A DNA stretch of 53,390 bases, the filler included, from Jimgerdemannia flammicorona (Eukaryota), in the NCBI GenBank assembly GCA_003990765.1. It is 3 parts of 3 records of this genome, joined end to end, with 100 filler letters (N's around TTAATTAATTAA, not from the genome) between each part and the next. Parts side by side here need not be neighbours in the genome. Positions count along the whole stretch, not along the records: positions 35,664 to 53,390 come from RBNJ01002436.1; 2 more parts are not named here. One strand, written 5' to 3'. Shown here one piece after another: positions 36,029 through 47,810 of this stretch. Within the stretch, counting starts at the first letter, position 1. Each line of letters opens with the position of its first letter. The notes below the pieces were generated by a model that had not been told where the DNA came from, did no database searches, and was given only the letters and a program-made list of their open reading frames with translations. The translations under genes were made by a program, and so were the position numbers.

Positions 36029-38061
36029 AATAAGAGGGTTACTTTTTAGGAGAACTATTACATAGTTCTGGAAGGGTTTTCTGGATGTTTTAGAAGACTG
36101 TTTTCTTATGGTCAAGATCAATTTCATATGGAGTACGTCCTCTATGCTTATTGACTTCAAGTTCAGGTTGACATCTCAACCAAAGTCCTTTTTTTTCAGA
36201 CTAGTTCTAGATGTTCAGGATTTTCTATATTTCAGGAAGTTTAAGAAACTAAGACCAGCTTAGTTGAATTGGCGTATTGCTACAGACAATACCCAATTAG
36301 GAAATTTTGTGATGGGGTTAGGAGTAGGATCTAATAGAGAGCAGATTTACTTAAGAGTGGCTTGTGGGTTATTAAATAGATTTATTCACTATTCATGATA
36401 TTGCTATACTAGAAGTAGTTGTGTGAAGGGATATTGTGGGGAAGTGCTCAGGAGTTGTGTTTGGATTGTTCAAGTGTTCCAGTCTGAGATTCTGAGGTCT
36501 GGGGGAGGGGGTATTTATACTAGTGAGGGGCTATCTGAACTATGTTGAATATAGATATAGTACTAAGTGCCTTGCTGAGTTGGAATACAGTCATATAGTA
36601 CAAGTGTGATCTGACATATCAAGAGATCGTCTGACTGCTGAGTCAGTTCACAGTCATGTTGTACAAGGCTAATCTAACTATACTATGACTGCTAGGCTAT
36701 TTATAGGTTTAGGCACTATCTGTGTAGTTTTCAATGACATTACCATTGATTGCATTATCTCTAATGAAGTAGTCATCTAGGAAGAGTGGTTTGCAGATTA
36801 CTTCTCCTTGTTCACTGAGATAATAATACATTAGAACTTCATCACCATCCCACAGAATAGCATCATCTGTCTCATATGCTGGATAAGGTGTTGGTGAGCA
36901 AAGGAGAGGTGCATCATCTTCACTTTCATCGGATTTGCTGTCTGCATATCTTCTGCAGATTACAGCACTATGAGTTGTGGGGTTGTAGTAAACTGGTGGC
37001 TGTGATTCATATTGCTCATACTCAGGTGGTGGAGTGGTTGGTTCAATCTCAAGGGTTGTCTAAAGATACAGGTTGTGTTCTCCAGTCTCTTCATTATAGT
37101 TGAAGTAATCAGAGATGAATGTGGGTTAGTATTTGTGCTAGTGATCATTGTCCCAATAAGTCTCATAGGCTGTTATGAATTGTTGCAAGTTCATTGGCAA
37201 GATTGGCAGTGTGATCAGGGTTGGTAGAGATCCTTGGCTTGAGGTCATGTCGGCATCAGAGGGATCATTGTCTTCTGCTTCATCTTCATCGAAGTGGATT
37301 ATATCATAGATATCCTTCATAGTGTATCTGACTTAGGGCATTTACAGGATATGATTGTTGGAGTGGGGGAAGATTCTGTCTGTGGTTTCAATATACTCAA
37401 GGTACTTGTGGTTAAGTTCTTGTATCATATCGTTGATTTGGCCATAGGACAGAGTAGCAACCATTTCGGCTATGATAACTCAGAGGCGGGGAATAACAGT
37501 GCTATACTCATAGAAGAGTTCTCGATGTTTGCAGGCAATGAGCTTCTGATATTGAGACATCTGGGTAATGTCTATATCATGGTGGTGTTCAACCATGTCT
37601 TCTAAGAGGTGGCCGATCTGGTAGTAGCTTGAGATTTGTCTGATTCAGTGGGCCTTGCTAAGTATGTTCAGGGCATTCCATCAGGCTTCCACAAAGTAGA
37701 GAGGTGCTAGGCTATGGATATTCATGAGGGGCAGAGGGGGTGTGGCTCAGTTGACAATAGCATTCCAAATGTCAGCATGGATATGGTTGTAGCTCTTGGT
37801 GGTCATATTTGTGTGTTAGAAGTTATAGTTGTTATTTGTTTTGGTTCTCTGTTTCGACATGTCTCGGTGCTTGGTATATATGCATTTGGTTCTGATTAGT
37901 AAGATTCTGTTTATGTGAATCTTGTGTTCTGTGACTTTGTATTGACTCAGCTTTGTGTACTGTGACTTCGGATTGACTCAGCTTCATGATCAAGCAGGTG
38001 ATTTCCAGATTTGTTCAGAGGTCGCATGTGATTTCAGTGGCTTGGAGGTTGTACACTTACA
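36029..38061 (-). repeat. 3' LTR (~2033 bp)
   Basis: Colinear with 44528-46559. Starts TGTAAG on the minus strand at 38061; the outer terminus is mutated. Confidence 0.95.
36709..37806 (-). pseudogene. LTR (U3)-encoded ORF of unknown function, 365 codons, 3' LTR copy
   Basis: ATG at 37806 to TAA at 36709-36711 is 1098 nt, the same length as the other copy. Internal stops are single-transition types. Confidence 0.75.
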
Positions 38062-38075
38062 ACTCTCCCCTTCTT
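38062..38075 (-). other. Polypurine tract AAGAAGGGGAGAGT
   Basis: Immediately precedes the TGT of the 3' LTR. Confidence 0.88.
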
Positions 38076-38489
38076 AGCTTTCAACATCCTTGTTGGGGCC
38101 TTCTAATTTATTCTAGTGTTGTTACACCATTTAGGAGATCAAAAGTCTAATGAAGTCCATTTTTCTCAGAAAGTGGCATGCTCATAGTGCAGTTGCCTAA
38201 CGTATTGGATTCATATGTTAAAGAGTTATGTGTTTGATACCATGTGCTGGAAGTGATTCTGATGTCATTCACTGCTGGAGAATTTCCTCTGAGGAATCTT
38301 CTTAATTATCTATGTCTTATTTCCCACCAGTGGTATAGAGAGAATAGGCTTGCTTTCAGTTTTGCTATTTTTCCAGAGGGTCAGTATTCTTGTCTTGTTT
38401 TGCTGAGTTCTTGGTTTGGTTTGCAATAATTATAATATTCGGGAGGTATAATATATAGTATGTACTGATAGGTGTCAGAGTATTCAGTT

Positions 38490-41400
38490 TTAGTTGTTCA
38501 AGGAATCATATTCCTGAACTAAGTTGATAGCATTCTGGAGATTGGTCTTGGGTTCCCAGGTTGCATCATGGATTGGGTAACCTTTCCATTTGACAAGGTT
38601 CTCTAGGTAGTTCTTATAGCCATGTTTGTTGAGGATTTGTTCAACTTCGTACTCTTCTTGGTCATTAATAATGACAGGTGCAGGTGGTTTCATGGTTCGG
38701 TTAGAGAATAGTTCATCATCATTCTCATTGCATCACTTGAGACATTGGACATTAAAGACTGGGTGAATCTTAATAGTGTCTGGTAATGCCAATTTGTAGG
38801 AGGTTGGAGAGACTTGTGCAATGACTTCAAATAGTCCAATGAACTTGTTGTTCAGCTTTATAGATGGTCTGTGCTTGAGGTTGTCAACTCAGTATCCTCT
38901 GATGTCCAGTAGAACTTTTTCTCCAATATCAAAGATTTCTTCTTGGCAGTATTGGTTAACATACTGTGACTGTTGTTCTTGAGCTCATGATAAATTCTCG
39001 ATAGCAATCTGGCTTAGATTGCACATTCGGAGTAAGAATTCTTCAACAGCTTCGACTGTAGAGGGTTCTTCAGTGGTTCAGATAAGTGTCAAAGGGGTGT
39101 TTGGGTTTTGTCCAGTATTGGCAAAGAATGGGGTCATTCCAAGAGAGGCTTGCTTGCTGTTGTTACATATAAGCAAACTCAACTGGAGTGAAGTATTCAT
39201 GCCAGCCATCTTGTCTGTAGGAAACATAGTTCCTTAGCATTTGTTCTAGAGTTTGGTTCATTCTTTCAGTTTGACCATCAGTTTCAGAGTAAAAGGCTGT
39301 AGATAGTGCAAGTTTTGTTCCAAGGTGTGCATGAAGGGCTTTCCAAAAATAGCTGGTGAATTTTGGGTCTCAGTCACTAACAATGATCTTAGGAAGACCA
39401 TGATAGTAGAAGATGTTGTCAAATAAGAGTGTGGCTATATCTGGTACTGTTGCAGTAGTGGTAGTAGGCACAAAGTGGGCTTGTTTGCTGAGGTAATCCA
39501 CAAAGACAACAATTGCATATTTCCCGTTCTTGGTTCAGGGTAGTTGTACAATGAAGTCTATAGAGATTTGTTCCCAATTTGCAGAGGGTACTGGGATAGA
39601 GTGAAGTAAGCCAGGTTTTGCTAGTGTTGAGGACTTGTTTCATTGGCAGGCATCATAGGAAGTGATGTAGGTTTTGAGCTGATCTACCATGTAGGGCCAA
39701 TAGAAGTTTCAGGAGATAACTTCATAGCATTTGTCAAATCCTAAATATCCAGCTGTAGATGTATCATGACATTCAAATAGGATAGTCCTTCAGTTGGTAT
39801 TGATGATACTGTGTACACTTGTCAGCATCATCACTATTCAGGATTTCTTAGAGTGCTTGAGCTTCCTTATCATCAGTATATACTGTGATAATTTGTTCCA
39901 TGATGGTGTTTGTAACCAAGGTGAGAGTTTGGATAACTTCTTTGATTGGTGGTCTGGAGATTGCATCAGCAACAATATTTTCCTTGCTAGGGTGGTACTG
40001 GATTTTGTAGTCAAAGTTGATGAGGACTTTTATCCATCTGGCTTGCTTTTGAGAAAGGGTAGCCTGTGTCTTGATGTTGACTAATGACTTATAGTCAGTC
40101 AATACAGTGAAGTGTACTCCTTCTAGGTATAGTTGCCATTTGATCAGGGTGTCTATGATGGCTAACATTTCCTTCTCGTGGGTTGCATAGTTAATTTCAG
40201 CATCATTGAACTTGCAGGAGTGATAGGCCACAGGGTGTTCTTCTTGCATGAGTACTGCTCTAAGAGCTAGGTCAGAGACATCAGTAGTAACTTCATATGG
40301 TAGGGCAGGATTTGCTGCTTGAAGTACTGGAGTGGTTATCAGGGCATCTTTCAGTGCTTGAAAGGCTGTGTCTTGTTTGGGTCCCCAATTTATAAGATTG
40401 TTGAAGTCTTTCTCTTGTTTCATGGTCCAGGGCTATTCTTCTTTCTTGCTATGCTTGGTCATTTGGGTGAGAGCAGTGGCGATTTTAGCAAAGTTGGCAA
40501 CAAATTACCTGTAATAGTTTGCTAATCCCAGGAATAACTGGAGGTCTTTCAGCTTCTTGGGTCTGGGCCAATCTTTGATTGCAGAGATTTTGCTAGGGTC
40601 TACTTTGATTCCATTTGGAGTGACAATGTATCCAAGGAATTGAATTTCTTTCAGAAGAAATTCACACTTGCTGAGTTTTGCAAAGAGTCGGTTTTCTTGG
40701 AGTTTCAGTAGTACTAGTTCAAGATATTCAAGATGTTCCTCTAGGGTTTTGCTGAAGACTAGGATGTCATCAATATAGACAACAATGAATTTGTCCAGAT
40801 ATGGGTGCAGGATAGTATTCATCAGGGTCTGGAAGGTTGTAGGAGCATTAGTTAAGCCAAAGGGCATAACTAGAAACTTGAAGTATCCATAGCGAGTTCG
40901 GAAAGCTGTCTTGTAAATGTCTTCTTCTTTCATAGCAATTTGCCAATAACCATTTCACAGATCAAAGGAGCTCATGAATTGTGGGTTGATAAGTCTATCA
41001 AATATTTTATCGATCCTCAGTAGTGAGTAACAGTTCTTGATGGTCTGTTCATTGAGGTCATGGTAATCAATGCACATTCGCAGGTCTCCTCCTTTTTTGA
41101 CAATAAAGAGGACCAGTGCACTATAGGGTGATACGCTGGGTCTGATGAATCCTTGTTCTAGGAGTTCATCAATTTCTTTCTTGAGTGCATCGATTTCTCT
41201 CAGAGACATATGGTAGATTGACTTAAAGGCTGGTTTGGCATCTGGGATAGTCTTGATTATATGGTCTACTATTTATTTAGGAGGTAGGCCTTTCGGGAGC
41301 TTCTTTGGGATTATGTCTCGAAATTTCTGGAGTAGTGGTCTGACATGGCTGTCAACTTTGGAAAAATCTTCTTCAGAGTTCTCAGGTTCTCCTTTGGATG

Positions 41401-41880
41401 AATGGATGGAGATGGTGAAGAAAGGGCATTTCTTAGCCAATTTCTTAAGTTGTAGCTTATTGATGTGGGTGATCTTTGGTCCAGGGTCACTAGAATTAAG
41501 TGGGTCCTTTTCACCTTGCAATTTGAAGTTGTGGCATCCTTTCTTGATGGCCAGAGAATGGTTTACCCAATCAATCATGGGGTTCTCTTGTTTTAACCAT
41601 AGAGTCCCAAGAATGATTTTGTTGTTCAGGAGTGGTACAATCTGGAGGGTAATATATACTCGATAGTCACCAATTTGGAAGGGTAGATTGCAGACTTCTT
41701 TGCTAATGATATGTGAGGTTCCATCAGCTGTGGCAACTACTTGAGTTTTTTGTACTGGAGAGGTAAAAACCTTGAGTCTGTTGGCTGTTTCCTCATTGAT
41801 AAAGTTGCCTGAGGTACCACTGTCTATCATAATCTTGACAGGTGCTCAGTTGACAAAAGCTTTAAGTGTAAGCAGTTTGT
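38490..41880 (-). pseudogene. gypsy pol: protease, RT, RNase H, integrase, chromodomain (many stops)
   Basis: IDSGTSGNFI; LRMCIDY, KTAFRT, MPFGLTNAP, VYIDDILVFS; VTTDVS, NYATHEKEMLAI, NIVADAISR; integrase Zn-finger and core remnants; chromodomain EYEVEQIL...LVKWKGYPIHDATWEP. Confidence 0.96.
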
Positions 41881-42089
41881 CTGATTCAATGGTGGTGATT
41901 TCAGTTATTTGAGCTTTTCTTCTGTTGGTTCTTCTTTGAGCCAGTTCATTGATACAAGAGAAGCAATCATCAATCATTCAGGAAGAGTACATTCCAATGC
42001 TATGAGGGCATTGGCCACTTGGTACATATCCATCTTCAATCTTCTTGTAGAATTGTTCTTCTTTACTCATGGTAGGTTGGGCTGGGGCC

Positions 42090-42500
42090 TTTTGATGAGC
42101 CAAATCCTTTGGATCCTCAGATGGTAGATAGTAGTTCAGGGACTTCCTTGACTATCAGGGTTGACTCAATTTTTTTGAATAGGATCTGGGCAATGCAGAA
42201 ACCTATAGGGATCTTGAAGGGTGTCTAACTATAGTTTTGGATGAGGACAATGATTTCGTCTGTGTAATCTTCATCGATAACTCCTCCTTCCACTGAGAGT
42301 CCTTTCAATGCTAGGCTGTTGTGACAGCATATTCTTCCAACATGTCCTTCAGGAATTTGAATACTGATTCCTGTATAGACTTATTTGACTTCTCAGTTGG
42401 AAACTGTAGCTTCTTCGGCTGCATACAGGTCATATCCAGCTGCTTTCTAACTTTCTTTGGTTGGGGCCTTGGCAGTTTGCCTTAACTTGACAAAGTTCAG
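42090..42500 (-). pseudogene. Trimeric dUTPase domain inside the gypsy element
   Basis: Manual translation: VKLRQTAKAPTKES*KAAGYDLYAAEE...YTGISIQIPEGHVGRICCHNSLALKGLSVEGGVIDEDYTDEIIVLIQN...IGFCIAQILF...STI*GSKGFGSS. All five dUTPase motifs are present in order. Confidence 0.9.
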
Positions 42501-42509
42501 TATTCTGGT

Positions 42510-44500
42510 GGTTAGGTTGTTGAGGTGGTGCAGAGTGGTAACAGTTGCTCATGTTGCTGTTCAGGGTTTTCAGTTAGGGCAGGCACTGGCCATGTGTCCT
42601 GTCTTTTGGCAATAGAAGCATGCTCCACTTCTTTGAAGTTCATTCCTTTTACCTTCAGTGAGTTTCTTGAAGGTACTCAGTTGGGTAGATTCATAATTTC
42701 TAGGTGTCCAAGAGGTGGATGTGGGGGGAGCTCGGGATGCTTCATACTTGGGTTCTTCTTTCTTGGTCCAAGTCTTTTCCTTGTTGTTGAATTGTCTTCG
42801 GGGCAGAATTGGTCCAGCTATTAGGATTCACTTGACCGTAGTCTTGATTCTTACCAAGTACCATTGTTGGTGATCACAACCAACTGGGCAGTCTTGTTCT
42901 CGGATTTTTCTAGTAAGCCATTCAGGCAGTGCATCAAATAAATGGTCTGCTCTTGTACCATTCTATGCTTCATCATTGGCAATATATCCTAGGCCAACAG
43001 TGTTCAGGAGTGACTCGAGTTTTGTACAGAAGGTTTCAAATTCTTCTTTGCCATGTACATCAAATTTGAGGTTGTGGAGTTTTACTCAAGATTCAGCAAT
43101 CATGGTTTTGCTGTAGTATTGAGCAATCATGAGTTGTTTGAGTCCAGGGGCTGCAGGATGGGCTCCATATCCTGGGGCATTGTTTGCTGCATTCTGAGTA
43201 ACTACTGCAGGTCGGGTATCCCATGTGAGGGGTTTTTCAGGAAGGGTTTGCCACCATTCTTCGGCAGGTCCTCAGAAGAATGTAACAACTCAGTGGACAT
43301 AGGCTGTAGTGGTAGCAAAGAGTTGTTCCAGAGTATGGTCTTGATTATTTGTCAGAATGTGGTCAGCAACTCGCTCATTGGTCTATTGATTGGCTTCGAA
43401 GTTAGTATCAACTACACTAATGAAGCTTTGGACTTCTTGTGCAGTACCATTGAAGGTAGGTAGGCTCAGACTTTTGGTAGGTTGGGCCTGTTCCACTAAG
43501 GCAGTAATAGTTGCTGCCATTATTACTACTTGGGCTGTGAGGTCTAGAATCTGTTGGTTTGCTATGTTGTTTACTAGAGGTGGTTGGACTGCTGGTAGTG
43601 GTGTTACTGGTACTACTTGAGGTACTGGTGCAGAGTGTGATGGGGTTCTTTGGGTCTGTGTAAGTTGCTGGAGTAGTAGTTGTGGGTCTAGAGTGAGGGC
43701 TTGATAGATAACTGTTTATTACTATGTAGGTGTATTCTGTCCTGATGGAGGTACTTCTCCTTCAGTGGTATATCTGGAATCGAATTCACTGAGATACTCC
43801 TCCTCCTCTTCGGTTTGGTCCTTATATAATTGGGTTTGCTCAGCGTCGAAGTAGATGAAATCAGTTATATATCTGATTTCAGATGGACTTAATTCAAAGT
43901 CAAGTTCAGGTTCAGTATTGGTTTCAGATTCAGGTAGGGCTGTAGCAGGGCCTGCTTCAGGTTCAGGGTCAGGTAGTTGATGAAGGGGTTCTCTTGCTTC
44001 TTCTTTAAGAATATGGCAGGCCTTGCTGTTCTGGAATCGATAGTATAATGCGGTCTTGGTCCTGGTATAGTGAAAGTCAGTAGAGTTGAGCCACTTGGCT
44101 ACAGAGGCTTGGGCTTCGTGAGGGACTAAGGCTTGAAAGACTGCTGCTGGTTATCCTAGGTCACTTGGATTTATGGAGCTGACAAAATTCTTATTAAGAA
44201 GAGTAAAGAAGGCTTCAATAAGACCTTCTTCATCTTAACTTGCTGGGTGTAGGGCAAGGAGTTTGGTGAATAGAGTTTCGCCTATTTGCTAATTTAACTG
44301 GAGTATTTCTTTCTTCGAATGAAGTTTGTCCCACTTGTTGTAGGTATGGAGGTCAAATTGTCCTTGTATATCAGGTTCAATTCTCTCCAGATTGTCAGAT
44401 GGTTCAGGATAAATTCCAGTTCAGAGGTTGGGCTTTATACCAACTTGTAGGAATTCTTAGAAGGGTTTGTAGTGGAGTGAGGAAGCATCTTGAAGTGGAT
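42510..44500 (-). pseudogene. gypsy gag (capsid-like region and CCHC knuckle) with a long in-frame upstream extension
   Basis: LPTFNGTAQEVQSFI, GPAEEWW, and knuckle CFYCQKTGHMASAC at ~42579-42620. The frame continues upstream almost to the PBS. Confidence 0.85.
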
Positions 44501-44510
44501 TTGGATTGTA

Positions 44511-44524
44511 AACTGCTGCTACCA
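44511..44524 (-). other. Primer-binding site TGGTAGCAGCAG (likely initiator tRNA-Met)
   Basis: TGG begins 3 nt after the 5' LTR end; TGGTAGC matches tRNA-iMet-type PBSs. Confidence 0.75.
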
Positions 44525-44879
44525 AGTTGTAAGAGAGTTACTTTTGAGGGGAACTATTATATAGTTCTGGAAGGGTTTTCTGGATGTTCTGGAAGACTAT
44601 TTTCTTATGGTCAAGATCAATTTCATATGGAGTATATTCTCTATGCCTATTGACTTCAAGTTCAGGTTAATGTCTCAACCAAAGTCCTTTTTTTTCGGAC
44701 TAGTTCTGGATGTTTAGGATTTTCCATATTTCAGGAAGTTCAAGAAACTAAGACCAGCTTAGTTGAATTGGTGTATTACTGCAGACAATACCCAATTAGG
44801 AAATTTCGTGATGGGGTTGGGAGTAGGACTTAATGGGGAGTGGATTTACTTAAGAGTGGCTTGTGGGTTATTAAATAGG

Positions 44880-45019
44880 TTTATTCACTATTCATGATAT
44901 TGCTATACTAGGAGTAGTTGTGTGAAGAGATATTGTGGAGAAGTGCTCAGGAGTTGTGTTTAGATTGTTCGAGTGTTCCAGTCTGAGATTCTGAGGTCTG
45001 GGGGAGGGGGTATTTATAC
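44880..45019 (-). promoter_or_regulatory. Candidate LTR core promoter and poly(A) signal
   Basis: TATAAATA at 45011-45018, then AATAAA at 44880-44885 on the minus strand. Both are conserved in the other LTR. Confidence 0.55.
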
Positions 45020-45206
45020 TAGTGAGGGGCTATCTGGACTATGCTGAATATGGATGTAGCACTAAGTGTCTTACAGAGTCGGAATACAGTCATATAGTAC
45101 AAGTGTGATCTAATATGTCAAGAGATCATCTGACTGCTGAGTAGTTCACAGTTATATCATATAAGGCTAATCTAACTATACTATGACTGCTAGGCTATTT
45201 ATAGGT

Positions 45207-46304
45207 TTAGGCACTGTCTGGATAGTCTTCGATGACATTATCATTGATTGCATCATCTCTAATGAAGTAGTCATCTAGGAAGAGTAGTTCGCGGATTACT
45301 TCTCCTTGTTCGCTGAGGTAATAATATATTAAAACTTTGTTACCATCCTACAGAATAGTATCATCTGTCTCATATACTGGATAAGGTGTTGGTAGGCGAA
45401 GGAGGGGTGCATCATCTTCACTTTTATCGGATTCGCTGTCTGCATACCTTCTGTAGATTATAGTACTATGAGTCATGGGGTTGTAGTAAGCTGGTGGCTG
45501 TGGTTCATGTTGCTCATACTTGGGTGGTAGAGTGGTTGGTTCAATCTTGAGGGTTGTCTGGAGATATAGATTGTGTTCTCCAGTCTCTTCATTGTAGTTG
45601 AAGTAATCGGGAGTAAATGTGGGTTAGTATTTGTACCAGTGGTCATTGTCCCAATAAGTTTTGTAGGCTGTTATGAATTATTACAAGTTCATCGGCAAGG
45701 TTGGCAGTGTGATCAGAGTTGGTAAAGATCCTTGGCTTGAGGTCATGTTGGCATCAGAGGGATCATTGTCTTCTGCTTCGTCTTCGTCAAAGTGGATTAT
45801 ATCATAGATGTCCTTCATGGCATATCTGACTTGAGGCATTTGCAGGATATGATCATTGGGGTGGGGGAAGATTCTGTCTGTAGTTTCAATATACTCAAGG
45901 TACTTGTGGTTGAGTTCTTGTATCATGTTGTCAATTTGGCCATAGGATAGGGTAGCAACCATTTCAGCTATGGTAACTCGGAGGTAGGGAATAACAGTGC
46001 TATACTTATAGAAGAGTTCTCGATGTTTGCAGGTGATGAGCTTCTGGTGTTGAGACATCTGGGTAATGTCTGTATCATGATAGTGTTCGACCATGTCTTT
46101 CAGGAGGTGACCAATCTGGTAGTAGCTTGAGATTTGTCCAATTCGGTGGACCTTGCTAAGCATGTTCAGGGTATTCCATCAGGCTTCCACAAAGTAGAGG
46201 GGTGCTAGGCTATGGATATTCATGAGGGGCAGAGGGGGTGTGGCTCGGTTGACAATGATATTCCAAATGTTAACACAGATACAGTTGTAGATCTCAGTGG
46301 TCAT
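45207..46304 (-). pseudogene. LTR (U3)-encoded ORF of unknown function, 365 codons, 5' LTR copy
   Basis: MTTEIYNCICVNIW...SSYYQIGHLL...KHRELFYKY...DEDEAEDND...IEDYPDSA*; 1098 nt, no frameshift; contains ORF-track 45681..46163. Confidence 0.78.
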
Positions 46305-46440
46305 GTTTGTGTGTTGGAAGTTGTGGTTGTTATTTGTTTTGGTTCTCTGTTTCAACATGTCTTGGTGCTTGGTATATATGCATTTGATCCTGATTGGTAA
46401 GATTCTGTTTATGTGAATCTTGTATTCTGTGACTTTGTAT

Positions 46441-46478
46441 TGACTCAGCTTTGTGCACTGTAACTTCGGATTGACTCA
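46441..46478. promoter_or_regulatory. Two AP-1/Gcn4-type TGACTCA sites near the LTR 5' end
   Basis: TGACTCA at 46441 and 46472, conserved at 37943 and 37974 in the other LTR. Confidence 0.45.
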
Positions 46479-47071
46479 GCTTCATGATCAAGCAGGTGAT
46501 TTCCAGATTTGTTCAGAGGTCACATGTGATTTCGGTGGCTTGGAGGTTGTGTGCTTACAGTTATTGATACAAAAATAGTTAGGTAATCAGATAAATGTAC
46601 CCACTATAGCTTAGATATCAATTTTATTTATTTCTATATTCTTTTTGATTTTGTTAGGATATTTATCTTTTATATATTAATATATATTTGAAGTTGAACT
46701 ACTAAGCATTTTGAACTTCTGATTATATAATATAAAGAGGTTAGTAGAACATTATATATGTATATATCAAATAAAAGTATTAGTTATATCATAAATGTGT
46801 CTTTTTTTTTTAATTTTTTATCCACAATAATTACAATAATATCATCTCCAGTCTTAGTATAATATTGCTAAATTTTGGAATGAGGATTGTGTGAAAAGTG
46901 TAAAACTATCAAGAATATTTAACTTGAAGTATTATTGATACTATGAACTATTGAAGACTAATCTATCAATATGTGTATTTATATATTTGTATATATGTTT
47001 TTGCATATATATATATTTGTATATATATATATATTATATATATATATATCTTGTATATGAGTTATATAGAG

Positions 47072-47340
47072 GATTTAGATTAGAGGATTCAAATTGAAGA
47101 ATTTAGATTAGATAATTTGAATTAATTCAGATTGAATAATTTAGATAAAGTGATTTGGATTGAGTGATTTGAATTGAATAATTTGAATTGAATAATTTAG
47201 ATTGAATGATTTAAATTGAGTAATTAAGATTGAGTGATTCAGATTAAGTAATTCAGATTGAGTAGTTTAGATGAAGTAATTCAGATAGAGTAATTCAGAT
47301 TAATCCAAGTTGATTCAGATTATTTCAGATTTAAGATTCA
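47072..47340. repeat. 14-bp tandem repeat (AATTCAGATTGAGT consensus)
   Basis: About 16 degenerate copies in AT-rich DNA. Confidence 0.85.
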
Positions 47341-47810
47341 GGTCAAACTGTTTCATAATAAATTGAATCTAGATTTAATTTTAATTAATTCATTCAGAAT
47401 ACTAGGTTAAGTATAGGTATGAAAATAAAAATAAAAATAAAATAAATAGAGTTATATAATTGCTTCTAAGCCACAAATTCTTCAGATTTAATGAGAATTT
47501 TTTTTAAATAAATATAAGAAAATAATAAAAAAAGCTCTCTATAAGATTATTGTTTAGGGAGTTTTTTATTATTATTATTATACTTATTGTCTAGAAATAG
47601 AATTTTAAAAATAAAGTAGATAATTATAGATATAGAGTACTATATAATTTATATAATTATATAAAAAATACAACTATATAAAACTCACAATTATATAGAT
47701 TATATAGATATATAGATCTTATATCATGACCCTTTCACCAGTAACATTTGGGTGACACAAGACTTAGACAATACTTTTTACTATGTTTTTGGTATTCAGC
47801 AACTATCAAC

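Larger units (their letters stand above)
36029..46559 (-). mobile_element. Complete, mutated chromodomain Ty3/gypsy LTR retrotransposon (~10.5 kb)
   Basis: Two ~2.03-kb LTRs, PBS, gag, dUTPase, PR-RT-RH-IN-chromodomain order, PPT. TSD not clearly preserved. Confidence 0.96.
44528..46559 (-). repeat. 5' LTR (2032 bp) with TGTAAG...CTTACA termini
   Basis: Perfect 6-bp inverted termini; colinear with the 3' LTR. Confidence 0.96.

Noticed and set aside
36024..36030. 5-bp TSD of the gypsy element
   Set aside because: The left flank (GATTA) does not match the right flank (GTTAT, 46560-46564) and the left LTR terminus is mutated.
45207..46304. LTR ORF as an env gene
   Set aside because: No signal peptide, furin site or clear transmembrane segment, and it lies inside the LTR rather than between pol and the PPT.
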